Source of the DNA: Oopsacas minuta
Lineage: Eukaryota > Animalia > Porifera
NCBI GenBank assembly: GCA_024704765.1
Contig: JAKMXF010000047.1
Span: 19,163-67,219, forward strand
Direction: 5' to 3'
DNA: 48,057 bases
Shown: positions 11,711 to 24,089 of the stretch, one piece after another
Numbering within the stretch: the stretch's first letter is position 1
Layout: every line of letters begins with the position of its first letter
The notes under the pieces: model-generated
What the model saw: the letters and a program-made list of their open reading frames with translations, nothing else
Databases searched by the model: none
What the model was told of the DNA's origin: nothing
Made by a program: the position numbers and the translations under genes

Positions 11711-12944
11711 CGTGACCTACGTAATATAAGGCCTGATTATTGTGCATAGAATTACCTACCATGGATTACTCAAATTGCATTTTGTAATTCACCCATAATT
11801 GTAACATGCAAAATTGACATTATCTGAATTGTTGAAATTCTGTTTTAATCACTTCTCTTATATAGGTATATATAAATTAGCTCGAGATTATGTTCCGAAG
11901 CATTTCGTTATTTAGGATTTTACAATTTTATCTTATTCTGCAATTATGTTTCATCACTGATTAGACTTGATGCCTAACACTTGCTCTGTACCTGGATGCC
12001 GGAGTAATTATTCAGGGGAGCCATATACACCAGTATTCAGATTACCCTCAAACTCTGAACTTAGAGAAAAATGGCTACGCGGTCTGCACAGGGAAGATAT
12101 TGAAGATCTAAAAAACGTATTTGTTTGTTCTAATCACTTTCGTACTGAAGATGTCATCACTGAAATGGATATGCCTCAACCTGATGGCTCATTACAAAAA
12201 ATTTCTCGGCGACGAATTCTACACAAGAACGCTATACCTTGTCTTCTTCCCAGTTGTCCCAAGTATCCTAGCTCACCATCCCCGAAGCCTGAACGTTTAG
12301 ATCGTGGGAAGATTGAGAGTAAATTGTTCTTTCAAGCCAGAACAGAGCCTTGATCTTCATAAAGCTGAGGACAGTAAGCTCGGTGTCAAATCATTAGGAT
12401 AGCTAAAATCTAAACTCGAAGAATTTGAACTACCTTCTTCTTGGGTTTAAGGTTTTCAGATGACACGTCTATTAACTTGCTAAAGCTGTCAAAAGACAAA
12501 CATATATATACCAGCATTTGTTTCAATTAATGACTCCTTAACACCTACAGGCTTCTGTCAAAACATTCAAATTCCTCACACAATACACAATCTCAGTGAT
12601 ATTCGAGAAATCGATACCATCATCAGCGAGGTTTCTGCATACACTAAGGACCCTGTTGAAAACTGTATTCGCCAAGCTACTTCTAACATTGAAAGTATAA
12701 TTTCGAAGATAGGAACTTCGAACGATATACTAGAGAAATATTCAGAATTGTACCCAGTTAAAATTTCTACTGTCCAGCTTGAGAATACACTAATTCCCAA
12801 AATCGAAGACGGTACAATGTTGTTACAATGGTGCTAGCTCTAAAATCTCATTTGATATCTTCTACCTGCTACAGCTACTTACAGTCTTTGAATTGTTTAA
12901 TATTTCCCCACCCAACAACTCTACGTAGTCCTTATGGGACTATA
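11711..12944 (+). mobile_element. 5' half of a P-element/THAP9-family transposon, cut by the gap at 12945
   Basis: Left-end repeats at 11712-11735 and 11760-11780, then the THAP ORF. A decayed P-type PHPTTLRS motif lies at ~12905-12930. Confidence 0.8.
11967..12353 (+). CDS. THAP (C2CH) zinc-finger domain of the P transposase, prematurely terminated
   Basis: MPNTCSVPGC...FRLP...W...VCSNHF...LHKNAIPCL: C-x4-C...C-x2-H with an AVP-like box. Confidence 0.85.
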   Translation: MMPNTCSVPGCRSNYSGEPYTPVFRLPSNSELREKWLRGLHREDIEDLKNVFVCSNHFRTEDVITEMDMPQPDGSLQKISRRRILHKNAIPCLLPSCPKYPSSPSPKPERLDRGKIESKLFFQARTEP

Positions 12945-12945
12945 N
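12945..12945. other. Single N: probable contig join or gap
   Basis: n in the sequence, between the P 5' half and a P right end. Confidence 0.8.
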
Positions 12946-13053
12946 GCACCAATTTTGTAATATCGTGATAATATTATTGCCTATCAAATGTAATGGACTT
13001 CAAGTAATCCGTGGTTTCGAATAGTAGTAAGGACTTATATAACGAAGGTCACG
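12946..13053 (+). mobile_element. Diverged right end of the same P family
   Basis: 12993-13013 ATGGACTTCAAGTAATCCGTG matches 1055-1075 at 18/21. 13029-13052 AAGGACTTATATAACGAAGGTCAC matches 1090-1113 at 20/24. Confidence 0.75.
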
Positions 13054-13059
13054 CATAGT

Positions 13060-13400
13060 ACATATTTTCAAAAAATATAGTACCATAATTCCCGTCACAC
13101 TATTATGTTACAAAGCACCACTAATGTCCTGGTTAGACATTAGATGCCCCGCAAGCACTTAGAATTCGGTTAGCACCTTATGTCCGATGCCTATATATTT
13201 TCAAATGGCATCTAATATTTCAAAGAGACGAAGCTCAATTTATGTCACTTTAGCGGACTTGATTGCCAAATAGCACCATTAATGAACTGTTAGTACTTTA
13301 TGAGACCCAATAGCACAAAATATCGAGCGATAGTTCCTTAAGGTGCTAACGGGACATATTGTTACATCTATACTAGTAATGGGACCATTGTTGTAGTGCC
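13060..13400. repeat. Short patch of the ~20-bp GGTGCTAWYGGGACAT minisatellite family (mixed orientation)
   Basis: Reverse motifs (TAGCACCATTAATG, CCCAATAGCAC) followed by forward AAGGTGCTAACGGGACAT at ~13340. Confidence 0.6.
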
Positions 13401-14101
13401 ATCTGTCCCTCTCCTATTTTCGTTCCCCGCACTTCTGGAACTAGGGTCAATAGTCCTCCCTTTGGGTCAGATGTACCCCCAGGACTTGTGGCACTAGGGC
13501 AAGGCGTCCCTGTACCAGTTAGATTTACCCAAAATAACCTAGATATTATGTTATATTCTAATGAACACTAGTATATATTACAACCAGTCAGTGTTGAATG
13601 TTATCGTAAGTTTCAATCTAGATTTATCACGTAAATATCTATGTGGCATTTTATAACATCAACCACAACAAATATATACAGTGGCGTTTCTAGGCTTTTG
13701 ATTAGGAGTGTGCTAATTTATATGGGTTGACATTGAAATTAAAAAGATCTCGTCAGACTATATTCACTATAATAGTACTTCTCTATTAATGAAGATCAGG
13801 GAAGCACTTGATTTGATTGTTGGAACCACAAAATCCTTGATTTTAGACAACAATCTCTGTCTTAATCATTATCAATTGCTATAATTGTTATTCAAGGGGT
13901 GTGCTCGAGCACCAATTCCGCGCTCCTGGATAGTGGATGCTACTAAGTATGTACAGTTGAAACCGGTGTCATTGTGCCACAAGTCCGGGGGATTCCTTGC
14001 CCTAGTGCCAGAAGCCAGAAGGGACAGCCCACCAGGGGGGACAGCTGACCCTCTCACACCGTGTTGGTGGTAAGGTTACATTATTGTAGTAATGGGATGT
14101 A

Positions 14102-14918
14102 CAGGGACGTCGCCACGAGGGGGCAATGCCCCCTTGGTAAAATCCGTGCCCCGGGACAATGCGCCCCCGGTAAACCCGCACCTCAGGGCATGACCCCTTG
14201 TAAATTCGTCCCCGGGGATGCGGCTTAAATTGCTAGCTGGAAAATTTCTGCTCGCTTCGCTCGCTCTTACGCTCAATGTTATTTAATCTAACCGATAAAT
14301 TAAGGATATAGCTTGTATTGATCTACCGAACTAGGTAATATTTGTGAGTATTTATACCCTGAGCAAATGCAGTGTTTTCCCCAGGCCGTTTTGGCCTACT
14401 GGGCCGGCATCCCTTCAGTTGTTAAACAAATACAAGCACCCATTTCAATCCTGGGCCACTATACTAAAATATAGTGGGTACAGTAAAAAGTAGAATTGAG
14501 CATACAAGTCATAATATCAAGGATTATCGTACGATTTTTCCGTTCGATGCCTCCATTGATATAATAATTATTAATAACTTTTCGTTGTTTGTTTAAAGAT
14601 AACTCTATATTCCTAAAATATAACTGAGAAATTGTTTCAAGATTCAAACTTAAGTGGCAGTACAAAGGTGATTAATGTAGTAGCTATTATAGCTTATTGT
14701 TCAAGGGCTACGCCTCGTCACGACTAAAAGACCTACAGCACCCAGACCCCCATCTACAGTAATGTCGTGCATATGTGACTGGGGGGCCCCAAATATCCTC
14801 CGAGCTACACATCATTACTCGACGAAAAAAACAACTTTCTGGAGCAATTGCAGACCATACGTTATTTCTTTCAATTGTTTAACTCTTGGACCTTACCGAA
14901 TGTTTACCGCGCCCATAG
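14102..14918 (+). mobile_element. hAT-type left end and long arm, inverted relative to 19268-19875
   Basis: Starts CAGGGACGTCGCCAC, the perfect reverse complement of 19861-19875. GC-rich subterminal region. ~14380-14918 aligns in reverse to ~19268-19790. Confidence 0.8.
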
Positions 14919-14959
14919 GCTTTGAAATCTGCCATCTAATGGCTAAATAGAAATTAATA

Positions 14960-17100
14960 GTGCTTTGAGACTTTATGGTGTTAATGGGGCTTATATGGCT
15001 CAATTTTAGCAAATATAATGTGAAATCGGATTATAAATGGAGATATAGGAACATATAGGCTAATATCGGGATATATTAAGTGCTATTGGGACATACGGGG
15101 CTAATGTGACATTAATGTTGCTATTGAGACAATTAAGGTACTATCTGGAAGTATTACTTCCGATTGAGACATCTAAAGTTCTTAGGGTACATTACTCAGG
15201 CGATGATAACATTACGGTATTAGCGAGAATTATCTGGTGCTTTGTTTGAGAAATAGAACTTGTAACCTGAAAATTACGTTGGATTGGTTCATCTTAGAAG
15301 ATATTGAGGCATATAAGGTACATCTGAACATATTAAGTACTATTGGGACACTTAAAGTACTAATGTCACATTAATGGTGCGATTGTGACATTATGGTGCT
15401 AATGGGACATAGATGATGGTGGCTCTGGGAATTATAAGGTGCCAAACGTTGTTATGAGGCATATTACATAGGGGGGACATAGTAGTACAACTAAATTGAA
15501 ATTAATGCTGCTATTAAGACACAATGGTGCTGACGGGACTTGTTCGCGCATCGTTTTGGGAGTTATAAGGTGATGTCGGGACGTATTAATTGTGAATGGT
15601 ATTTTTATCATGCTTGGGTTTGGGAAATATATTGTTCTATCAGAACATATATGTGTATTATGCTATTGTGGCATTATTGAGGTAACGAGGCACACATTGC
15701 GCTTCGTTACTTTGGAATATAAGTGCTGTTGGTACATATAAGATGTCCTTGAGAAATCTAAGGTTTTAACAATCAATAATTGTGCTATTGGGACATCTAC
15801 GGTGGTATCGATGTGCTATAGGGGAATAGTAAATGCTATTGACTCATATAAGGTGCTAATAGGAAATTTACATGTTCCAATGGAACCATGTATATTGCGC
15901 TAGCGCCTTAGATTTCAAAATTGCACCATTACTGTCCCGTTAGATCATTATTTGTTTTAATAGAATTCATATTTCCCGATATCACATTATATGTCCCAAT
16001 AGCTCCATTTGTGTCGGATAGAACCTTATATTTCAGACAAAACGACATACCCTATGAGGCCTGATAGTACCATAACTTCACAATAGCACCACCAATGTCC
16101 CGTTGGCAACTTAGATTTCCGATGACAGCTGATATGTACCAATAACACCATATATTGTATAGAAACGAAGAGCCATGTATAGGACTTATATGGTGCTATC
16201 TGGACATAATATGTGTTATTGGGACCTAAAAGATGCTAGCGGGACATTTGACGAACAAATTGGACATAGGTGTAAGGTTGTAACGGTACATTAATGGTGC
16301 AATTGTGATATCTAAGGTGCTAAGGGGACAGTGTTGGTGCTATTGTGACATTTATGGTGCATCTTGGAGTTATAAGGTGTTTATTTAGGAAATATAAGGT
16401 GCTCTAAGGACATACAATGTTTAGGTGGACAATACAGGTGCTATTGTGATAACTAAATTTCTAACGTGATTTAAATTGTCTCCCATAGGAAATATATGGA
16501 GCTATTGGAACATATTATGCAATAGGGAGATATAAGTTGCTAGCGGGACAGTATTGGTACTATTTTGACATTATGTTTCTAACGGGACTTATTTGATGCT
16601 TTGCCTTACGAGGTATATGATGCTCTCTGAAAATAGATGGAGGTATTTGAACATATTAAGTGGAAATATGTTATAAATGTTGCTAAAGTTATTATGTGAC
16701 AACTGGACATATTAGTAGTTTTTGGAAAAATTATGAGCTGACCGGACGTTTATGGTGCAATAATAACATCTAGTGTTTGCGTTATTATTCTGAATATAAT
16801 GTGCTATCGGGACATAAAAGTTCAATGCGGATATCTGATGTTCTATCGTGACATATTAAGGGGTTTTGGTACATTAAAGGTGCTAACGGGACATCAATGG
16901 TGCAAATGGAACCTATAAGGAACGAAAAGGAAATATTAAGTGCTATGGGGACATATGTGTTAGAGGGATATAATGTTTGAAATCGGGCCCTAAAAGTTTC
17001 CTGCGGGACATGAGATATTGAGTTATATATATGGTGCCAACGGGACCAGTTTGTGCTATTAGGACTTCTAAGGTGCTACAGGGACATAGCACATGCTACT
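14960..17100. repeat. Degenerate ~19-21-bp minisatellite, consensus ~TAAGGTGCTAWYGGGACATA
   Basis: GGTGC-started units at 15376/15395 (19 bp apart) and 16879/16899 (20 bp apart). An inverted block lies at ~15925-16160. Confidence 0.8.
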
Positions 17101-18110
17101 ATGAGTCCAACAGAGAAAGTCCAAATAATTGAAATGTGATGAAAGATATACTAGATATGGTCGATACTGTTTCCTTAACAGTTGATCTATGTTCCAAATG
17201 GCAAATGCTGTGGTTTCACTGGATAGCCTACCATTTATATTAGATTGGTCCTTGCGTTCAGTGATTTTGGGATGTAAACGATTTCGGGGTCAACTCAATG
17301 CAGAAACATTACCGAACACTATGAAGAGATAATCTCATTTTATATATTTCAAGGTCAAATAGCTAACATAATTACTGATAATGCTTCAAACATGTCAAGG
17401 CATTCAAACTACCTTGATTTGCTCTAATAGCAATATATGGTTCGATCTCAGATTCTTGTGATGAGGATTATGGTGATATTGTACGACCTACATCCCAGAA
17501 CACGAACCCTGTATTATTCACACGCTTCAACTGGTCATAAAGGATGGTTTTAAAGAAGCAGAGATAGTGAATAATATACCTATAAAGGCAACAAATATTG
17601 TGTCATATGTTCGTATAATCTTAAAAGAGGAAAATAGAATACAAGCGAGAGTTGTTAAAAGGTGGAATATTGAATTAATGAACGAACAGGCTTTACTAAA
17701 TAATCTAAAGCAAAGCTAGAAATGTTGGTTTGTCAACAGCTAAGCGTCTATGACTATGAGCGTAGCTAACTCTCAGATCTAGTAGAAAATACTAACACCA
17801 TTTTAGGAAGCTACAGATTTAACACAGCGGAAAGTTCAATCTCTGTTTGTTTCGTTATACCATGCATCCGGGGAACTCGACATTGCTTGAAACACTGAGA
17901 TCAAAACATAAGTCTTATAAGTTGAAGCACTGCAGAATTCTCAAGATGACGGTATGGGAATCTACAAGGAATGCGAAAATATATTTCGCATACCATTCTT
18001 GATCCAAGATTCAAATTGAATTGGTGTACTGGAAGTGAATCAGCTAGAATTGGATCTACTTTCAAAAAGAATGTTTCCAACATGACAGGAATAGAAGATA
18101 TTCATAATTT
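17100..18110 (+). pseudogene. hAT (Ac-like) transposase relic
   Basis: Decayed motifs in order: VSLTVDL (first D), ITDNASNM, HTLQLVIKDGF, a TRWN-like KRWNI, and ILDPRFKL. Confidence 0.8.
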
Positions 18111-18599
18111 AGACACAAATCGAAGGTGCACCTGAACCGCCATCAGGAAGTGCAGGTTCCTGAGTTTATATTAGACCAGCTTGCCTTCTCATTAACCAAT
18201 GATAGTTTCATGAGCATGGGCGTCGATCCCGTGGGGTAAGAGAGCTTTCGCGCCACTCCTCTAATATACATTAGAGGGGGCTAGAGTATCATTTCGGCCC
18301 CCAATAATAGGGAATGTTTTTTCCAGTTCCTACCATATTGTAATACAAAGTACAACTTGCTAGAAAGTGGAATTATATGTTATGATGTTAGATAGTGATA
18401 TGTGTAAAATTTCAGTCTATACATTAATGGACGTGGGAGGGGGGCATTTGCCCTGGTACACACCGCCCCCTTCCTATTTTTGACCTCCAGTATATTATTC
18501 ATATGGAAATCTAAAATTGTTTAGTTAGTGTTTGTGAGGGATATGGAAAAAATGATGTTAACAAATATGAAAGTTAAATAATTAATTGGATACTATAAT

Positions 18600-18960
18600 C
18601 CGCCTTTGTTTTCTGTTCCATTTTTCAATAATCTCATTTAACTCATCTTTCGATAGTTTTCGATAGTAATTTCATACTTAATCATATTCATTTGTGAGAA
18701 ACTTCGTTTTGATGAGGCAGTAGCTACAGGAATTGATAGGCAGATATCCGCCATGATTTTCAAATTCGGAAACAGATCTATATGCATGGTGTCAATCCTT
18801 TAGCTGTGATTTCACATCCACTTTATGGCTTTGAGATATGTATCTCCTGAATGTCTTTCATTCAGGAAGAATATCAGCTGAAATCTAACCTCTTTTAGTA
18901 AACTCTTCCCCTAACAATAATTTGGCTGAAAGATCTCTCCATTATTGGTTCAAGATAGTA
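18600..18960 (-). pseudogene. hAT C-terminal dimerization-domain relic
   Basis: The minus frame reads DLFPNLKIMADICLSIPVATASSKRSFSQMNMIK (FPNL...PV.TAS.ERSFS). Confidence 0.75.
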
Positions 18961-19267
18961 CCAGTATATTTACCCCATAAGTAGGGAAGTCGCTAGGATT
19001 TTTCACCTAGGGGGGAAAAGAATCACCAGGAGGGCACGAAGTTTCCAAATGCAGGACGATTGGCAAGGTGTTTCACGGATTCAACAGGAGCATGCCCAGT
19101 GGCGGATGAATAAGTTTTTAGTTGGTTAGTACCATCCAGCGGGGCAGTTTCGTCGTGTGCCTTTGATATATGGAGACACAAATTCAATCTGTTTGTCAAC
19201 AAGTTCTAGATGTTTCCTACCAGAGTGAATTTGTGCACACCAGATTTCAAAACTTATGGATGCTGTG

Positions 19268-19875
19268 AACATTCAGTAAGGTCCAAGAGTCAAACAATTG
19301 AAAGAAATAACGTATGGTCTGCAATTGCCCTAGAAAGTTGTTTTTTTCGTCGAGTAATGTGTAGCTCGGAGAATATTTGGGGCCCGCCAGTCACATATAC
19401 ACGACACTACTGGAGCTGGGGGTCTGGGTGCTGTAGATCTTCCAGTCGTGATGGGGCGTAGCCCTTAGACAATAAGCTATAATAGCTACTACATTAATCA
19501 CTTTTGTACTGCCACTTAAATTTGAATCTTGAAACAATTTTTCAGTTATATTTTAGGAATACATGGTGATCTTTAAACGAACAATGAGAAGTTATTGATA
19601 ATTATTATATCAATGGTGGCATCGAACGGAAAATCGATCGATAATCCTTGATGTTATAACTTGTATGGTCAATTCTACTTTTTACTGTGCCGAGACTGCA
19701 GACTATACTTAAGTGTAGTGGCCCAGTATTGAATTGGCGCCTATAATTTTTAAGAACTGAAGGGCTGCCGACCAGGTATGCCTAAACTGCCCAGGGAACG
19801 AATTTAGCAGGAGGGCTTGCCCCAGGCTGAGGGTTTACCAAGGGGGGCACTGCCTCCCCTGTGGCGACGTCCCTG
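19268..19875 (-). mobile_element. hAT-type right end and long arm
   Basis: Ends GTGGCGACGTCCCTG. Reverse-complement match to 14102-14918, with a shorter GC-rich portion. Confidence 0.8.
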
Positions 19876-20134
19876 CCCATAAGTAGATAGTCCTGGTGAT
19901 TCAAATGGTGGCATTTACTAGGATCTAAAATCCTGAATGATGACACACGTCTTGAGATCTAAATCGATTCATGATGTTGTTCTCGAAGTCATTAATAAAT
20001 AGTATAGTCACTTTACCCTGGAAGGATGTAATAGCTGCCGAGGTGACTTCGAATCCTAGCTCTCACAATTTCTTCCCTTACATACAGCAATTTAAGCACA
20101 GAATTTGCAATTGGAAACAATGCAACATCTAGAG

Positions 20135-23100
20135 CAGTGATTATCAACCTGGGGTCCATATAGATTTTAAGGGGTCTGTAGTGTCTTGCCGAAAATCTCG
20201 GATTTCATTTAGCATGAATGCTCATCTATGTACATTGAAGGAACATATATATTTTTAGACAAGCATTCAACATATAATTACTTTCCTCAGACAATGTTTG
20301 TATTATTGGAAGATGTTGATGGTATTAAATAAAGATTGACATATTTGAATTATTCTATTTATGCAACCTTTCAGTATGTTCTTGGAGTGTTGAACTGATT
20401 CATAGAGCTATTAGAAGTGCTATATGTTAATCAATACCATCGTTAGATTCAGATATGCTGTAGAATAATTATTAGATTCTACAGGGTGGCAAATAAGTTC
20501 TGGCACATAGGAAAACTATTATAATTTAACCAATATTCATTATATTGAGTTGATATTTTAGCATAAGTAGTTTGGCATTATGAGTTTTATTGTCCACAAT
20601 CTCTATTCTATGTATCTGCCTTTCTTTTTGATAACAGCCTTCAGACGCCCGGGGACTGCCCACACTGCGGTACGCAGAATCTCCTTCGGGATTTTTGCCC
20701 ATTCTCTCATCAGAGATTGCTTCAGAGTCCCAATACTGTTATGGGAGTTCGAGCAAGCTTGACTCTAAAATGGACCACACTGAGAAATCTAGAGGGTTGA
20801 GGCCTGGGCTAGACGGCGGTCATTCTACCTTTGAATAAAGCCGGGAATGTTTTACTGAAGCCATTCCTGAGTACTGTTTGCTGTAATGGGCAGGAGCAAC
20901 GTCTTGTTCGAATATGAACGGCTGGTTTTCAAACATCATCTCACCAAGATCTTTCACAATGGGCTGTAAAATGAGCTCCTTATACGTTGCAGCATTTATT
21001 TTGACCCCTACAGGGACAAAACCAGTGGTGTCCGGCCAACAGAAGATCTCCGGCCCAAACCATCAACGAGAGTGGTTTCTGGACTCTTTTAACGTACCTG
21101 TACTCATCAGGGATAGTAGAAGTGCTTTTAGATAATATTCTATCGTTTTGACGATTGAATGCTTGTTCAACGGTGAAAAGTTTTTCATCGTAGTAAAGGA
21201 CTTGATCCAGTCCCTGGGCTGCGAATCGTGTATGGAGGATTTTGCTTCATGTGAGGTTCTTTGTCTTTATTTTGTCTGAAAGGAAATGGACATTCCTTTT
21301 CTTAAACGAGGATAGCCCTAAGTCTCTCTTGATAATCGTTTGAAGAGATCCACGGGATATTTTCAGTTCTTTAGCCATTTTTCTGATCGATCGCTGAGGA
21401 TTTCGCCACACTCGACTCCGCACTACCTTTCGCATCTTTACGCTCGTGATGGAGACCGGGCGACCAGTTCTGGCTCTGTCCATCACGCCACCAGTCTCAT
21501 TGAAGCGTTTTATCGTACGGATTACGAAATTCTGACATGTCTGTAGAATTTTTAAAAGTTTCATTATTTCCTTTTGTTTTTTCCCTTTTTGAAATAATTC
21601 AACAATCGCCGACCGTTCTTTCTCCATAGCTGATAATTTGTTCCTGGTTTTCAAATAGTGTATTTTTCAATAAATATTGTATTGCGAGAGATAACAGAAT
21701 AATACAAACCAGTAACGTCAATCAATCTACATCATGAAAGATCTTGGCACGATATTAAGTTATGTGCCAGAACTTATTGGCCACTCTGTAAACTAAGAAT
21801 TGTCAGTTTGCAATTTTCGTGTCATAAATATATATACTTTTTAGTAATTTAAGTATAAATACCACTCCCGTATTATGTTATATATATTTCCAAACTATTA
21901 CTCGCTGCTACAAGTGAATTCACTATAACAAAACTATCTAATAATGGTGCAATGAAGCAAATAAAGTATAATAAAGACTATCTTATGCTTGGATATATTT
22001 CTTTTGAAACTCTTCCAACAACAAAACCAATTTGTATCTAGTGGGGTGAGGATGCTGAGTAACGAGTCAATGAAACTTTCTAAACTGATCCGTGACCAAC
22101 ACACACTATGCTACGACTATTTCTAAAAACAATAGTTTCTTTATGAGAAAAAGAAGCTCCATCACTCGAACCAATGAGCGAATATAGTTTATCTCTCACC
22201 AAAAATGCAATAGATGTAGACAATGCCGGTATTTTATCATTCGATGTAAGCCTGGCCATTGCGAAGTACAGTCAACCTCATTATATAGCAGAAGAAGTAT
22301 TTATGACATGTTGCATTGATATCGTTGGAACAATGTTCAGTGAAAGCGCTGCACAAAAGATCAAATCCATTCCTCTTTCAAATGGTACAGTGAAGAGAAG
22401 AATCGATGTAATGGCTGTGGACTGTGAGGATCAACTCATCCAAAAAGTACATGATAGTCGGACTTGTTGAATGAGTTGAATTTTCTATCCAACTGATGAA
22501 AGTACTACAGTTGCAAGTGAGTCCCTCTACTTGTGTTTGTTCGATCCCTAAACATGAATAAAAAAAGTTTAAAATTGGATCTATTTTGCATTCTGTTAAT
22601 TTATCCCCAACAACAAGAGGAGAAGATATCTTAGGATAAATTTTGGATTTTTCATCTTCACGAGTTGGATTTCAAAAACTCGTAGTTTGCTGTTGGATGG
22701 TCTGCTTCCATGATGGGTGTTCATAGAGGATTCATTGCCAGGATGAAACCAATTGCCCCAAATTGCAATTTTTCATTACTTTTGCATCTAAGAGCGCTGA
22801 GAACGAAGACGCTTTCTCCGATTATAAATGATGTACAGTCAGGCTACAAAAAACTTGTTACCTTTATTCAGTTAAGTCAAGGCCACTGAACAATATGAAA
22901 TTTATCGAATTATGTATCGATGAGGAACACAAAACCCTCTCACTTCATACATAAGTACATTGGTTATTGCGAGGTTGTGTATTAGAGAGGTTATTTGGAC
23001 TACAATTTCCTGTCCGAGGAATTGATGCTAATAATTTTTGCGGTATTTTGAAAGTTGTGATAGTACTTTTTCATATATTTTGCTTATCTATCAGATATTT

Positions 23101-23750
23101 TTGCCATATATACATCTATAATCTGAGACTCCAAGGACAAAATATCACAATAATTGAAACAGTTAAGTCAGTGATCGCACTCAGGGCTTGAATGGTATAC
23201 TGGATTAGCAAGGTCAAGAAAAATAAGTTATCTATGTTTCCTCTACTTAGTGAAATTGTTGCAGATTCGGTACCAACAGATTGCATTGAACTATCCTTGC
23301 TCATATGCATAATTTGGAAGGTGAAATTTTGCAAGGGTTGACAAGATTCAATACGCCGGCTAATTAGCATGGGTGATTGACCCTTTTCTAGCGAAACCAG
23401 AAGTTTCATATTTATCAAACGGAACAGAAGAGGAATTAATAGGACTACAAACGAATACGCAAGCAAACAATAATTCGATAGAAAGTGATACATTTGCCTC
23501 TGGGTTGAAAATAACATCATAGCGAAGACATCATCTTCTATCGCTCGGAAATAATGCATTTTACCTTTCGCAAAAACTTACTTAGCTAAGAGAGCGTTCA
23601 GTGATGTCTTGACGATACACACGAAAATAGAAATAGACTGGAAAGCCATAATGAGCTCAGGCTAGGAAAACAAACATTAAGCCAAATATAGAAATCCATG
23701 CTTATGATACACAAGGATAACTAAGCCATTGAGATCAGAATATAGAACCG
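20135..23750 (+). mobile_element. hAT Buster/Charlie (ZBED5/FAM200-like) relic interrupted by maT copy 2
   Basis: Left TIR CAGTGATTATCAACCTGGGGTCC follows ATCTAGAG (nnnTAnnn target). ORF 22174-22470 reads IAKYSQPHYIAEE...IPLSNGTVKRRI. Later HT*VHWLLRG (HTEVRWLSRG) and a decayed C-terminus. No right TIR was found. Confidence 0.8.
20482..21788 (-). mobile_element. Tc1/mariner maT (DD37D) element, degenerate, copy 2
   Basis: TA|CAGGGTGGCAAATAAGTTCTGGCACA ... TGTGCCAGAACTTATTGGCCACTCTG|TA (24/26). ORF 21247-21654 encodes the paired HTH (GRP motif, RSIRKMAKEL). The catalytic part is frameshifted. Confidence 0.9.
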
Positions 23751-23859
23751 CGATATCTATTATTTAACCCACAATTTCTACTTCAGATCTTTGAAGATTC
23801 TATCTCAATAGTATGAATAATAATAATCATTAAAAAATAATCAGAATTATTGTCATATC

Positions 23860-24060
23860 GAGAGTTAAAGGGCTGGAAGTGGGAAAAAATTCTGATTCCT
23901 TGGAATAAGAAATAAATCCATAATTCCTGTAATTAAAGGGCTGAGAATGGGGATAATTTCTGATTTCAAGGAATGGGAATGAGAATTAGCACCTGATTCC
24001 TGGAATTAAATGGCTGAATGAGAGGGTCCGAAAATTCGGCTTCGGAATGCGGATTAAAGG
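23860..24060. repeat. Imperfect ~50-60-bp tandem repeat
   Basis: Recurrent TTAAAGGGCTG(G/A)A and CTGATTCC(T)TGGAAT blocks. Confidence 0.5.
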
Positions 24061-24089
24061 ATAAATTCTGATTTAAATCCGTACATGGT

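Noticed and set aside
1090-11735. A single 10.6-kb element bounded by inward-facing 24-bp IRs with an AT duplication
   Set aside because: A third copy at 13029-13052 shows the repeat belongs to the P ends and faces the other way; the interval also spans an N join.
14960-17100. CRISPR-like array or repeat-protein gene
   Set aside because: Units are degenerate and contiguous with no unique spacers or cas genes. There is no long ORF, and the period is not a consistent multiple of three.
19151-19200. LIYGDTNSICL resembling the PolB YGDTDS motif (Polinton/virus)
   Set aside because: Single short motif with D changed to N, no other polymerase motifs, in a ~130-bp gap between repeats.
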